64,000 nt of DNA, taken from Candidatus Parcubacteria bacterium. GTDB taxonomy: Bacteria; Patescibacteriota; Minisyncoccia; Minisyncoccales; JAGMDC01. The notes beneath the pieces were generated by a model. That model made no database searches and was not told where the DNA came from. It saw nothing but the letters and a program-made list of their open reading frames with translations. The DNA lies in the NCBI GenBank assembly GCA_023131895.1, contig JAGLYZ010000002.1, positions 240,474 through 304,473 of the forward strand, read 5' to 3'. This document shows positions 52,323 through 60,621 of this stretch, piece by piece. The stretch's first letter is position 1; the number at the start of each line of letters is the position of its first letter. The translations under genes were made by a program, and so were the position numbers.

Positions 52323-52967
52323 TTATTCTTTTGAAATCGGGGGTTGGATTATTTTAATTTTAGAAATTTTAGACATTCTCCCGCTTCTAGGCTTCATTTC
52401 TTTTAAGATTAAAATCGGTAAAAATGCACTAAGAAAAATAAAAATTCCTACTCCAATAAAAAGAATGTTAAAACCAAAATTATGAGCGATTATTCCTCCT
52501 AATGCCCCAGCTATCCCTGTGCTTATTCCAATTGAAGCACCCCTAACACTCCAATCAAATGCCTCTTTATTTTTATCAATATGCCTTGTAAAAATAGCAG
52601 TATAACCAGGAATATTCATTCCCATTCCTACAGCGTAAAGTACCTGTAAAAAATAAATATGCCATGGTAAATAAGAAAAAATATAACCAAAGACAGCTAA
52701 AGCTGCTAGAATATTACCAACAACTATAAAACAAATATCATCTTTTTCTCCATGATTTTTATCTAAATATTTACCAAAAGGGATTAAAACTACTGAGTTT
52801 ATTATCCAATAAATTGCAGCGGCAAATCCGACTACTTCAATATTACCTCCCTGAATATTATCAGTCAAAAAAACAGCAAAGATTGGAGTTATAAAACCAA
52901 ATCCTGTTAATAAAGCTACATCAGACCAAATTAAAATCTTTATAACTTTGTTTATAGATTTAAACAT
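52323..52967 (-). CDS. Half-size (6-TM) MFS-like membrane protein
   Basis: Start taken at MFKSINKV (52967). The upstream 39 codons of the track ORF read through the MITE-like element. Has an MFS motif-A-like loop, PFGKYLDKNHG. Confidence 0.55.
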   Translation of the reverse strand: MFKSINKVIKILIWSDVALLTGFGFITPIFAVFLTDNIQGGNIEVVGFAAAIYWIINSVVLIPFGKYLDKNHGEKDDICFIVVGNILAALAVFGYIFSYLPWHIYFLQVLYAVGMGMNIPGYTAIFTRHIDKNKEAFDWSVRGASIGISTGIAGALGGIIAHNFGFNILFIGVGIFIFLSAFLPILILKEMKPRSGRMSKISKIKIIQPPISKE

Positions 52968-52968
52968 A

Positions 52969-53127
52969 AGACCTATTGCGAAATAATTTTTCGTAGCGAA
53001 ATCACAAAATTTTGAGCGAAAATTGTGAAGAATGAGAAGGTTATATGTTGTATAGCCAACGAATTCTGAACAATTTGCAGCCAAAATTTTGGGATTGCAG
53101 TAGAAAAGGTTATTTTGTAAGAGGTCT
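52969..53127 (+). mobile_element. MITE-like element, copy 2 (about 159 bp)
   Basis: An inverted copy of 16924-17080. Its right end supplies the DUF72 codons RPLTK plus stop, and its left end lies 1 nt from the ATG of the MFS-like gene. Confidence 0.75.
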
Positions 53128-53865
53128 ATAACTTAAAAGTTGTTTTGCGTTTTCAACAGCATAACCCATAGTATCATTGTTGAAATACACATAAACATCC
53201 AAACCTTTTTTTCGCCATTTTTTGATTTTCTGAGCCAAATTTTCAAGTTCTTTTTTCGTATATTTCGAACTAAATAAAATTTTAGAACCATGCATTCTAA
53301 TATAAACAAAATCAGCTGTTATCTCCTCGGCTTTTGGAAAGGAAGGTGAATCACTAATAACCCATGCGCAGTTGTATTTTTTTAGTAACTTGTAAATTTT
53401 CTCATTACACCAAGTTTGATGCCGAAATTCAAAACTATACTTTAAATTTATCGAAGTCCGACTTCGTAATATTGTTAAAAACTCTTCTAATCTTTTTGTA
53501 TTCTCGTCAGTAGCTTGAAAGTTTGGAGGAAATTGGAACAAAATCGGACCAAGCTTTTCTTTGAGATTTAGGGCATTTTCTAAAAAAGTTTTCCAGGGTA
53601 TTTTTACATCCTTTAACCGTTTGATGTGGGTAATGAAACGACTTGCTTTGACACTAAATATAAAATCTTTAGGAGTTTGTTTATACCAATTCTGATAAGT
53701 AGCTGGCTTTGGTAAATGATAAAAAGAATAATTTACTTCCGCTGTCTTGAAATGCTCTGAAAAATATTTCAATTTATCTTTTCCTGATAAATCTTCAGGA
53801 TAAAAAATACCATCCCAATGAGAATAGACCCAACCCGATGTTCCGATAAAAACTTTGCCTGCCAT
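53110..53865 (-). CDS. DUF72-family protein (YecE-like)
   Basis: 251 aa with the N-terminal IGTSGWVYSHW signature of DUF72. Confidence 0.8.
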   Translation of the reverse strand: MAGKVFIGTSGWVYSHWDGIFYPEDLSGKDKLKYFSEHFKTAEVNYSFYHLPKPATYQNWYKQTPKDFIFSVKASRFITHIKRLKDVKIPWKTFLENALNLKEKLGPILFQFPPNFQATDENTKRLEEFLTILRSRTSINLKYSFEFRHQTWCNEKIYKLLKKYNCAWVISDSPSFPKAEEITADFVYIRMHGSKILFSSKYTKKELENLAQKIKKWRKKGLDVYVYFNNDTMGYAVENAKQLLSYRPLTK

Positions 53866-53935
53866 TCTTCAATTTTAACATATTTAGATTAAAAAACTAA
53901 TAATCTTGACATTTCTATCTTTTTAGCAAACTGAA

Positions 53936-53982
53936 TAAAAAAATCCGCCTTGAGAATTAGATTTTCACCTAACCCAAGACGG
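53936..53982 (-). terminator. Rho-independent terminator after purC
   Basis: On the minus strand, ccgtcttg...caaggcgg (8-bp stem with one G-U pair) is followed by a T-run. Confidence 0.5.
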
Positions 53983-54017
53983 CTATTTTGTTTTTTGGTT
54001 TATTAATGGCTGTAGAT

Positions 54018-54803
54018 TTACCGAATATCAATATTCAGAGAAGAAAATCGGTTTGTCAAATTTGAGACAATCTCATAGAGATTTTTTACTTCCTTCAGCT
54101 CTCCGCCTTCTCGATAGACCTGTTTATCAAGTTGTTTGCCATCTTCTGTCTGAATTCTCCAACTATCGTTGTCAATTACATCAGCGACTACAATTTTACC
54201 ATTGTCTTTCCGCCTGCCGAATTCTATTTTGAAGTCCAAAAGTGTAATACCAAGTTCTTTCCATGCTTTTTCCAGAATTAGGAATATCTGTTTAGCTTGC
54301 TCTTTAATATATACCGCCTCTTCAAGTGTGAGTTCACGCTGAACTGATTTGATAAAACTCAAATCGTTTATTGGCTTATGCGCGTCGTGAAGCAACCAAT
54401 TGCCTAAAGCGAACACTATTATCGGGTCATGTAGCTCGTCGTCTTTGTAAAAAAATTCCACTTCCAGTTCGTCAAAAACAGTGCCATCCGCAATTTTTGG
54501 GTTCCGCTTAAGATAACTGCCTTTAGCAATCCTTCTAATCACCACTTCTACTGGTATCATATCGCATTCTAAAGCGTAAAAACCTGTTTCTCCTGCTCGT
54601 TTGATAAAATGTGCCCTTATGTTGCGCTGATTAAGCAATTCAAAAATATTTGATGTCGTGTTGTTCGCCCATTTGTCTTTACCTTCCATTGGATCTTTTT
54701 TCTTTCCGTCTCCAGCTGTAATAATCGGCTTGCTGATAATTTTCACTATTCCCGGTTCAGCTCGCCAAATTTCTTTTGTTTTTCCTTCATCTATTTTTTC
54801 CAT
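54018..54803 (-). CDS. purC: Phosphoribosylaminoimidazole-succinocarboxamide (SAICAR) synthase
   Basis: 261 aa with GKTKEIW, IPVEVVIRR and SAICAR synthetase layout. A canonical SD (GGAGGTG) lies upstream, and GC is higher than the surroundings. Confidence 0.88.
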   Translation of the reverse strand: MEKIDEGKTKEIWRAEPGIVKIISKPIITAGDGKKKDPMEGKDKWANNTTSNIFELLNQRNIRAHFIKRAGETGFYALECDMIPVEVVIRRIAKGSYLKRNPKIADGTVFDELEVEFFYKDDELHDPIIVFALGNWLLHDAHKPINDLSFIKSVQRELTLEEAVYIKEQAKQIFLILEKAWKELGITLLDFKIEFGRRKDNGKIVVADVIDNDSWRIQTEDGKQLDKQVYREGGELKEVKNLYEIVSNLTNRFSSLNIDIR

Positions 54804-54821
54804 TTCTTTTCATTTCACCTC

Positions 54822-56228
54822 CTAAGCTTTTTCATCCTTTTCCTCCTTAATGTCAAATCTCTTTGCCCATTCATCAGCGACTTTCTTCGCTTTTTGCGCC
54901 GCAATTCCTGTATATTTAAATTTGCCAGAAAGAATATCTTTTTGCCGCTTTGTCATTCTCGTAAAATATGGTTTTAATTCCGTCTCTTGTTTTGCTGCCT
55001 CTATTAACGACAATTCACTTTCCTGCATTACCCAGGTGGTTAAACCCCGTATCTTTTCGTGGGCATCAGGATGCCCTAATGAAGCCAATATGATATAAAG
55101 CGGCTCTGCGACTGAATCCTGTGCCGAAGCAAGATTTCGTTTGAGATTTTCTTCATCAACCACCAACTTTTCCATTATTCCGGTCAAACGTTTTACCATA
55201 TATGCCGCGTACGCAAAAACCTCTGGATATGTTTTGCCCGAAGCTGAATTCGTAAGGTCTCGCTGGTGTTCGCTAATTTGGTCCATCAAAACTGTTATAA
55301 TTCTCGGCATAGTAAATTTCCAAACGCTCTTACCGTTCTCAAATCCTATGGGATTACGTTTATGCGGCATTGTTGAAGAGCCGACTTGTTTTGGGCTTAC
55401 TGCTTCGCCTACTTCGCCAATTTCAGACCTCTGCAAATGCCGCATATCATCGCATAAATTCGCTAACACGCCAAGAAGAGTTATAATCTCCTGCAATAAT
55501 CGCAGTAATGGCTCTGGCTGAACAATTTGTGTTGAATGGCTCGCGGGTTCTAACCCTAATTCAGCCAAAATTTCTGCTTCAAACTCTTCGGGGTCGTCAA
55601 AAAGCAATGATGACGCGTTATAAGCGCCTACTGCTCCTGAAAATTGTCCAACAAGTTTAGATGTCCGTTCCTGAATAGCAACAATGCATCCGCCAACACG
55701 GCTAACATATTCTGCCATTGTGAATCCAAATGTTATTGGCTCTGCGTGTTGTCCGTGTGTCCTGCCGATTTGTCCTGTGTTTGCATATCGTCTTGTTATA
55801 TCTATAAGCACTCTCTCTAATGTTATAAGAGACGGCAAAAAAATCGTCTTAATAAAGTCCTTATATCTGGCGGCGTTAGCAGTGTCTATAATGTCAAACG
55901 AAGTCGCTCCTAAATGCACAAACGGCTTGGCTTCATTACTCACCTTGTTTGTGATACAATTCACAAGCGCGCGAATATCATGTTTAATGCGCGCTTCTTC
56001 TTCATAAATCTCTGCTGTGGTTACTCTACCGCAAGCCAATGCGATTTCTCTTACCGTGCTTTCTTTGCACAATCCTCGTCTGCATAAAACTTTTGCCAAC
56101 GCAATTTCCACCAATAACTTATATTTTGTTGCCCCGTTCTCTGATAAATAAAATGCGACATCCTCGTTCCAATAGCGGTAGTCTCCCGGAGATATATTCT
56201 TAAAAATATCCCTTTTTTCTTTTTCCAT
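54822..56228 (-). CDS. purB: Adenylosuccinate lyase
   Basis: 468 aa with fumarate-lyase signature GSSTMPHKRNP. SD AAGGAGGT lies upstream. About 45% GC in a hand-counted 100-nt sample. Confidence 0.92.
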   Translation of the reverse strand: MEKEKRDIFKNISPGDYRYWNEDVAFYLSENGATKYKLLVEIALAKVLCRRGLCKESTVREIALACGRVTTAEIYEEEARIKHDIRALVNCITNKVSNEAKPFVHLGATSFDIIDTANAARYKDFIKTIFLPSLITLERVLIDITRRYANTGQIGRTHGQHAEPITFGFTMAEYVSRVGGCIVAIQERTSKLVGQFSGAVGAYNASSLLFDDPEEFEAEILAELGLEPASHSTQIVQPEPLLRLLQEIITLLGVLANLCDDMRHLQRSEIGEVGEAVSPKQVGSSTMPHKRNPIGFENGKSVWKFTMPRIITVLMDQISEHQRDLTNSASGKTYPEVFAYAAYMVKRLTGIMEKLVVDEENLKRNLASAQDSVAEPLYIILASLGHPDAHEKIRGLTTWVMQESELSLIEAAKQETELKPYFTRMTKRQKDILSGKFKYTGIAAQKAKKVADEWAKRFDIKEEKDEKA

Positions 56229-56346
56229 TTTATTACCTCCTTTATTTCTTTTTTTTGTTAAAGAACTCTATCTGCCTTATCCAAGGCAGGACTTCATTGT
56301 CCTTTACTCTCACCTTAATTATTTTTACAAATCTGTCAATCTTTTG

Positions 56347-57378
56347 CTAAACCAAAGCTATTCTTTTGTTTTTGTAATTGATGAAAATTTGTTTTTCTTT
56401 AATTACTTTCCCAATTGTCTCGGCTTCAACTTTTTCCCTTTTTAATAAATTTAAAATTCTATCTTTGTCTTTATCTTTAACAATTATAGCAAATCCCCAG
56501 CCCATGTTAAAAATTCTAAACATTTCTTTTAAACTGATTTTTCCTGTTTCTTGGATTAAATTAAAAATCGGCTGAGGTTTAAAATTATTAAACTCAAAGC
56601 CAACTTTTCTATTTAATTTTTTAAATTTTAAATAAGCATCACCAGTTATATGGACAGCGCCAAAAATCTCAAATCTTTTGGCAATCTCTAAAAATGGTTT
56701 AACATAAATTTTTGTTGGTTTAAGACACTCAAAAATTAATTCTCTTTTAAAACCTTTCAGCTTGTCAAAAGCATTAAATTTACCGCCCCATTTTTTAAAA
56801 AGCACTTTTCTTACTAAAGTTAAGCCGTTAGAATGAATTCCAGAGCTTTGAAAGCCAATTATAATACTGCCTGGTTGTATTTTCTCTCCAGTGATTATAT
56901 CTTTTTTCTCTATTTCTCCAACGCAATCACAATTTATATGGTAAAAAGTATTTAGAAGTTCTAATACATCGGCTGTCTCTCCTCCTATTAAAGGACAATT
57001 TGCTTCTTTAACCCCGATAATCAATCCTTTCTGAATCTCTCTTAATATTTTCGGCTCTGACTTTTTAATATCAATCACATCTGTAATAGCTATTGGTTCT
57101 GCTCCGCATCTTATACAATCATTTGCCACCATAGCCACAGCATCTTGGCCAATAGTATCATGTTTATTAATCCATTCAGCTAAAAGGACCTTTGTTCCTA
57201 CTCCATCACAGGTCTTCACCTGATATCTATCATTTCCAATTGGATAAAGAACATTGAAAGGAGTTTTGATTATTTTTCCATATTTACTTAATTTGTAAGT
57301 AAGCTCAAAACTCTTTAAAGATTTTTTTGCCTTATCCCTTATTTCTCTGCTAACTCCGGCTTTTGAATAAGTTATCAT
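56347..57378 (-). CDS. purM: Phosphoribosylformylglycinamidine cyclo-ligase (AIR synthase)
   Basis: 343 aa with YSKAGVS and SSGIHSNGLTLVRK motifs. Composition is host-like AT-rich with no SD. Confidence 0.88.
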   Translation of the reverse strand: MITYSKAGVSREIRDKAKKSLKSFELTYKLSKYGKIIKTPFNVLYPIGNDRYQVKTCDGVGTKVLLAEWINKHDTIGQDAVAMVANDCIRCGAEPIAITDVIDIKKSEPKILREIQKGLIIGVKEANCPLIGGETADVLELLNTFYHINCDCVGEIEKKDIITGEKIQPGSIIIGFQSSGIHSNGLTLVRKVLFKKWGGKFNAFDKLKGFKRELIFECLKPTKIYVKPFLEIAKRFEIFGAVHITGDAYLKFKKLNRKVGFEFNNFKPQPIFNLIQETGKISLKEMFRIFNMGWGFAIIVKDKDKDRILNLLKREKVEAETIGKVIKEKQIFINYKNKRIALV

Positions 57379-57390
57379 AAGAGGTCTATA

Positions 57391-57684
57391 CTAAAAATCT
57401 GTTATGCCGCTTTTTTCTTTTAGATATCTAATAATCCTATCTATCTCCGACTGATCAAAATCTTTAATCGATTCAAATTCTTTAGCTCTTACTTTACGGA
57501 GAACTCCTTTAAATTCCTCCTTCTTAATATCCTCGCCACAGCTGTTAAATAATTCATTCATTATCTTTTCTCTTTCATATTTACTAAATATCTTGCTGTC
57601 TGTAGGCAGATCATGCGAGGGGTCTCTTAAGGTATCTCTAAGCTCACTGCTATTGATTTTTTCTTTTTCTTCAAACAAAGACAT
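57391..57684 (-). CDS. Hypothetical acidic helical protein
   Basis: 97 aa ORF in an operon-like position after the secreted PG-binding protein. No motif recognised. Confidence 0.4.
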   Translation of the reverse strand: MSLFEEKEKINSSELRDTLRDPSHDLPTDSKIFSKYEREKIMNELFNSCGEDIKKEEFKGVLRKVRAKEFESIKDFDQSEIDRIIRYLKEKSGITDF

Positions 57685-57691
57685 ATTGCGA

Positions 57692-57731
57692 GTTAAAAGT
57701 TTAAAGTTAAAAATTTAAAGTTAAAAATTCC
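57692..57731. repeat. 14-bp tandem repeat (~2.9 units)
   Basis: gttaaaagtttaaa / gttaaaaatttaaa / gttaaaaattccc, filling the spacer between two minus-strand genes. Confidence 0.8.
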
Positions 57732-59300
57732 CTATTTCTCTATGTTTTCTAAATACGCTCGGGTAGAAGAACCGACAAAACCAGTGCCTTTAATCAATCC
57801 GACCGGTTCCAAAATCTCTGAACTATATTTTTCTTGAAATCTAATTACTGCTTGTTGAGTAATCGAGCCAAAATAGCCGGTAGCTTCAACATCCGACCTT
57901 TGCCATACTCCTTCAGCAATTAAAACTTCTTGCAATGATTTAACATCATCACCCTTCATTCCTAAAGATAAATTACGAACCCATTTAACAATCACTTTTG
58001 TGTCTATGTCTATTTTAATAAAAAAGTCATCAAAACAAATTCTGGTTTTCTCACCAAAATATCCGGTTCCTTTTTCTAATCCAATCGGTCTTAAAATTTT
58101 GTATTTTTGTTCTTCTTGAAATTTCGCTAAAGCATTTTTTGTAATTGGTCCAAAAAATCCAGTTGCTTCTGTTTCAGAATCCCAAAGTTCTATATTTATT
58201 AAAAACTTTTGAAGCATTTTTACGTCTTCACCAGAACTGCCAATACTTAAATCCCTTTTCCATAAACCAGAAGGAAATAAAATAAGGTCTTCATTAAATT
58301 GATGCAATCTGCCATAAAAATTAACTGATAATACTTCTACGCTTGATTCAAATAAATCAGCTATTTCCTCGCTCACTTCTTTAATTTCCTCTTGGCTAAA
58401 TTCAACAGGAAATTCAGATTGATGTTTTTCTGGAATAAAATCTTTAGCAATAAAGAAAACTTGAATCTTTCCATAACTGTCTTTGATTTCAGAAATAGCA
58501 GTTACTTTTAAAGGATAATATAAATAATCAGAATCAAATTTGTAAATTAAAGGTTGTATACTTTCTTTTGTTTCTTTAGTGTTTATCACATCAAAAACAA
58601 AATACTTTATATCTCTTTTCAAGTAATTAGAGATGCCATTTTTGAATTCTGATGAAATCTTATATGTACTAATTTTATCACCCACACAACTTCCGGGTTT
58701 ATCAGCACAATCAGTGGTACAAATCCCTTCTGGTGAACAATAACTAGCTATGCAAACTCTCTTACAACTATCCGGGCATGTACTAAAAGTATAATCTTCA
58801 CAATTTATTTCATATGTCATTGAAAAACCTTTTTTCTCGGCAAAATTTTCAATCCATTCCAGAAAATAATCTAAATCATTCACTTTTACTACTGTTACGT
58901 CATGCGCTCCAATTTGTTCATGAAAGGTAATCTCTATTTCAACGCCTGCTGTTTTATTATCGCCTTCTCTACCAAAACCGGGCGTTTGAATTTTTTCTAT
59001 TTTTTCATTCATAATCTCTGTGATTTTATCAAACGACTCAAAACTCCCTTCTTTAATTTCAGAAGGGTTGGAAGGCAACGGCACCATTCTTAAAGCAATG
59101 ACTTCTGTATCACTTTCTATGTCATTAGAAAGAATTATTATTTCTTCTTCACCATTCCAAGCAACAATTGCATTCTGGGCTGTTTGGTCCAAATGAACTT
59201 TTGGCGGCCAAACTATCATTCCGCCGTCCGCGAAAATATAATTTGGGATTATTAAAACAAAAGCAACTAAAATTGTTAGAAAAATTATTTTGTTTTTCAT
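57732..59300 (-). CDS. Secreted protein with Cys-rich middle module and two C-terminal peptidoglycan-binding (PG_binding_1-like) domains
   Basis: 522 aa with a signal peptide and a Cys cluster (CEDYTFSTCPDSCKRVCIASYCSPEGICTTDCADKPGSC). Two repeats of the form G.DVK.LQ..L......ATGYFG..T..A...FQ are present. Confidence 0.6.
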   Translation of the reverse strand: MKNKIIFLTILVAFVLIIPNYIFADGGMIVWPPKVHLDQTAQNAIVAWNGEEEIIILSNDIESDTEVIALRMVPLPSNPSEIKEGSFESFDKITEIMNEKIEKIQTPGFGREGDNKTAGVEIEITFHEQIGAHDVTVVKVNDLDYFLEWIENFAEKKGFSMTYEINCEDYTFSTCPDSCKRVCIASYCSPEGICTTDCADKPGSCVGDKISTYKISSEFKNGISNYLKRDIKYFVFDVINTKETKESIQPLIYKFDSDYLYYPLKVTAISEIKDSYGKIQVFFIAKDFIPEKHQSEFPVEFSQEEIKEVSEEIADLFESSVEVLSVNFYGRLHQFNEDLILFPSGLWKRDLSIGSSGEDVKMLQKFLINIELWDSETEATGFFGPITKNALAKFQEEQKYKILRPIGLEKGTGYFGEKTRICFDDFFIKIDIDTKVIVKWVRNLSLGMKGDDVKSLQEVLIAEGVWQRSDVEATGYFGSITQQAVIRFQEKYSSEILEPVGLIKGTGFVGSSTRAYLENIEK

Positions 59301-59331
59301 ATTATTTTAATATAACACATTTTTGTTATTT

Positions 59332-60618
59332 CTAAAATAGGGTTTTCTGGTTTGGCGACTTTTTCCGCTCAGCTTTAGAAAAAATTCTGACTTTGCCGAA
59401 AACACCGTCATAACCTGGCTCAACATCAACCCTTCCCTGTCTTACTCTTATTATTCCTTCAGTAATCTCTGGCAAGGTTGCTGACTGTAAATCTGTTTTG
59501 GGAATATCTAATAAAATTTTAAACTCCTGACCAAATTTTTCAATTAGATTTTTATACTCTGCTACTACTCGCTTTGTGCCTGTATTTTGACCCAAACTTT
59601 CAGCAATTATTTCTTCTAAGAGAACCATGCTTTTAAAAGGAACTACTCCTTCTGGTTTAAATCCCTCTGGCTTATCTGCTAACTCTTCTACTCGGTTTAA
59701 AACTCCAATAGTTAATGGCTTGCCGCAATTAGGGCATATATTGTTATATTTTTTTGATTCTAAAGGCGATAAGCTAATTTCGCAAGTTCTATGTCCGTCA
59801 TAATGGTATTTTCCTTCTTCAGGGTAAAACTCAATAGTGTAAAGAAACTTTTTGGGATTTTTTGATTTCATTGCTTCCATAATAGAAAAATAATCTAATT
59901 CTGTATCAAAAACATTTGCTTCCCTGCCAAGTTTAGGGCCACTGTGCGCGTCACTGTTTGAAATTATAGCAACCTTTCGACCATCAGGTATTCGCCAGAG
60001 CATTGCCGGGTCCGCGCTTAAACCGCTCTCTATTGCATAAATATACTTTGTGTAATCTTCAAAACATTCTTCCAAAGAATCAAAGCCTGACTTTGAACCA
60101 AATATACCAAACCATGGAGTAAAACAATGTGCTGGAACAATTAAACAATCTTGGGAAGTATTTAAAACGATTTTTGCTAATTCTTTTACATCCAAACCTA
60201 AAATTGGCCTGCCATCAGATTTTAAGTTTCCAATCCCGCTCAATTGAGTATTGATTTTTTCAACAACTTCAAAAGAAGGCGCGAAAACTATGATATGAAT
60301 TTTACGAACTCTTCCATTTTTAGAATAAATACAGCTAATTTCTGAAGTTAGAATAAACCTTGTCTCTTTTTCGCGTAGTTTCGCGTTTAGTCCTGCGTGG
60401 TTTCGCGAACCAGGGCTTTTTATTCTAAAAAGCCCTGGTTCTGCTGGTTCCAATTTCTCTTTTATATTTTGAAACCATTCTGGATGAGTAAAATCACCTG
60501 TTCCTAAAACTTTAATCCCTTTGATCTTTGCCCATTTATCTAAATTTTCTAAATCCATTTGCGGGCTGGTCGCTCTTGAATATTTAGAATGAAGATGAAA
60601 GTCAGCTATAAATTTCAT
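59332..60618 (-). CDS. endoQ: Endonuclease Q (EndoQ) family, PHP domain plus zinc finger
   Basis: 428 aa with ADFHLHSKYSRATS, GTGDFTHPEW, NSDAHS and CPNCGKPLTIGVLNRVEELAD. It is collinear with archaeal EndoQ as I recall it. Confidence 0.75.
   Translation of the reverse strand: MKFIADFHLHSKYSRATSPQMDLENLDKWAKIKGIKVLGTGDFTHPEWFQNIKEKLEPAEPGLFRIKSPGSRNHAGLNAKLREKETRFILTSEISCIYSKNGRVRKIHIIVFAPSFEVVEKINTQLSGIGNLKSDGRPILGLDVKELAKIVLNTSQDCLIVPAHCFTPWFGIFGSKSGFDSLEECFEDYTKYIYAIESGLSADPAMLWRIPDGRKVAIISNSDAHSGPKLGREANVFDTELDYFSIMEAMKSKNPKKFLYTIEFYPEEGKYHYDGHRTCEISLSPLESKKYNNICPNCGKPLTIGVLNRVEELADKPEGFKPEGVVPFKSMVLLEEIIAESLGQNTGTKRVVAEYKNLIEKFGQEFKILLDIPKTDLQSATLPEITEGIIRVRQGRVDVEPGYDGVFGKVRIFSKAERKKSPNQKTLF
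60368..60441. repeat. TTTCGCG direct repeats (x3) plus perfect 16-bp-stem hairpin inside endoQ
   Basis: gaaccagggcttttta-ttc-taaaaagccctggttc at 60407-60441, preceded by tttcgcg at 60369, 60379 and 60401. In frame, encoding PGLFRIKSPGSRNHAGLNAKLRE. Confidence 0.85.
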
Positions 60619-60621
60619 AAT

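Noticed and set aside
56229-56346. Promoter or regulatory element between purM and purB (TTGACA on the minus strand, hairpin ctgcctt-ggat-aaggcag)
   Set aside because: No acceptable -10 box lies at proper spacing from the TTGACA, and the hairpin lacks a clear T-run. The evidence is too weak to call.
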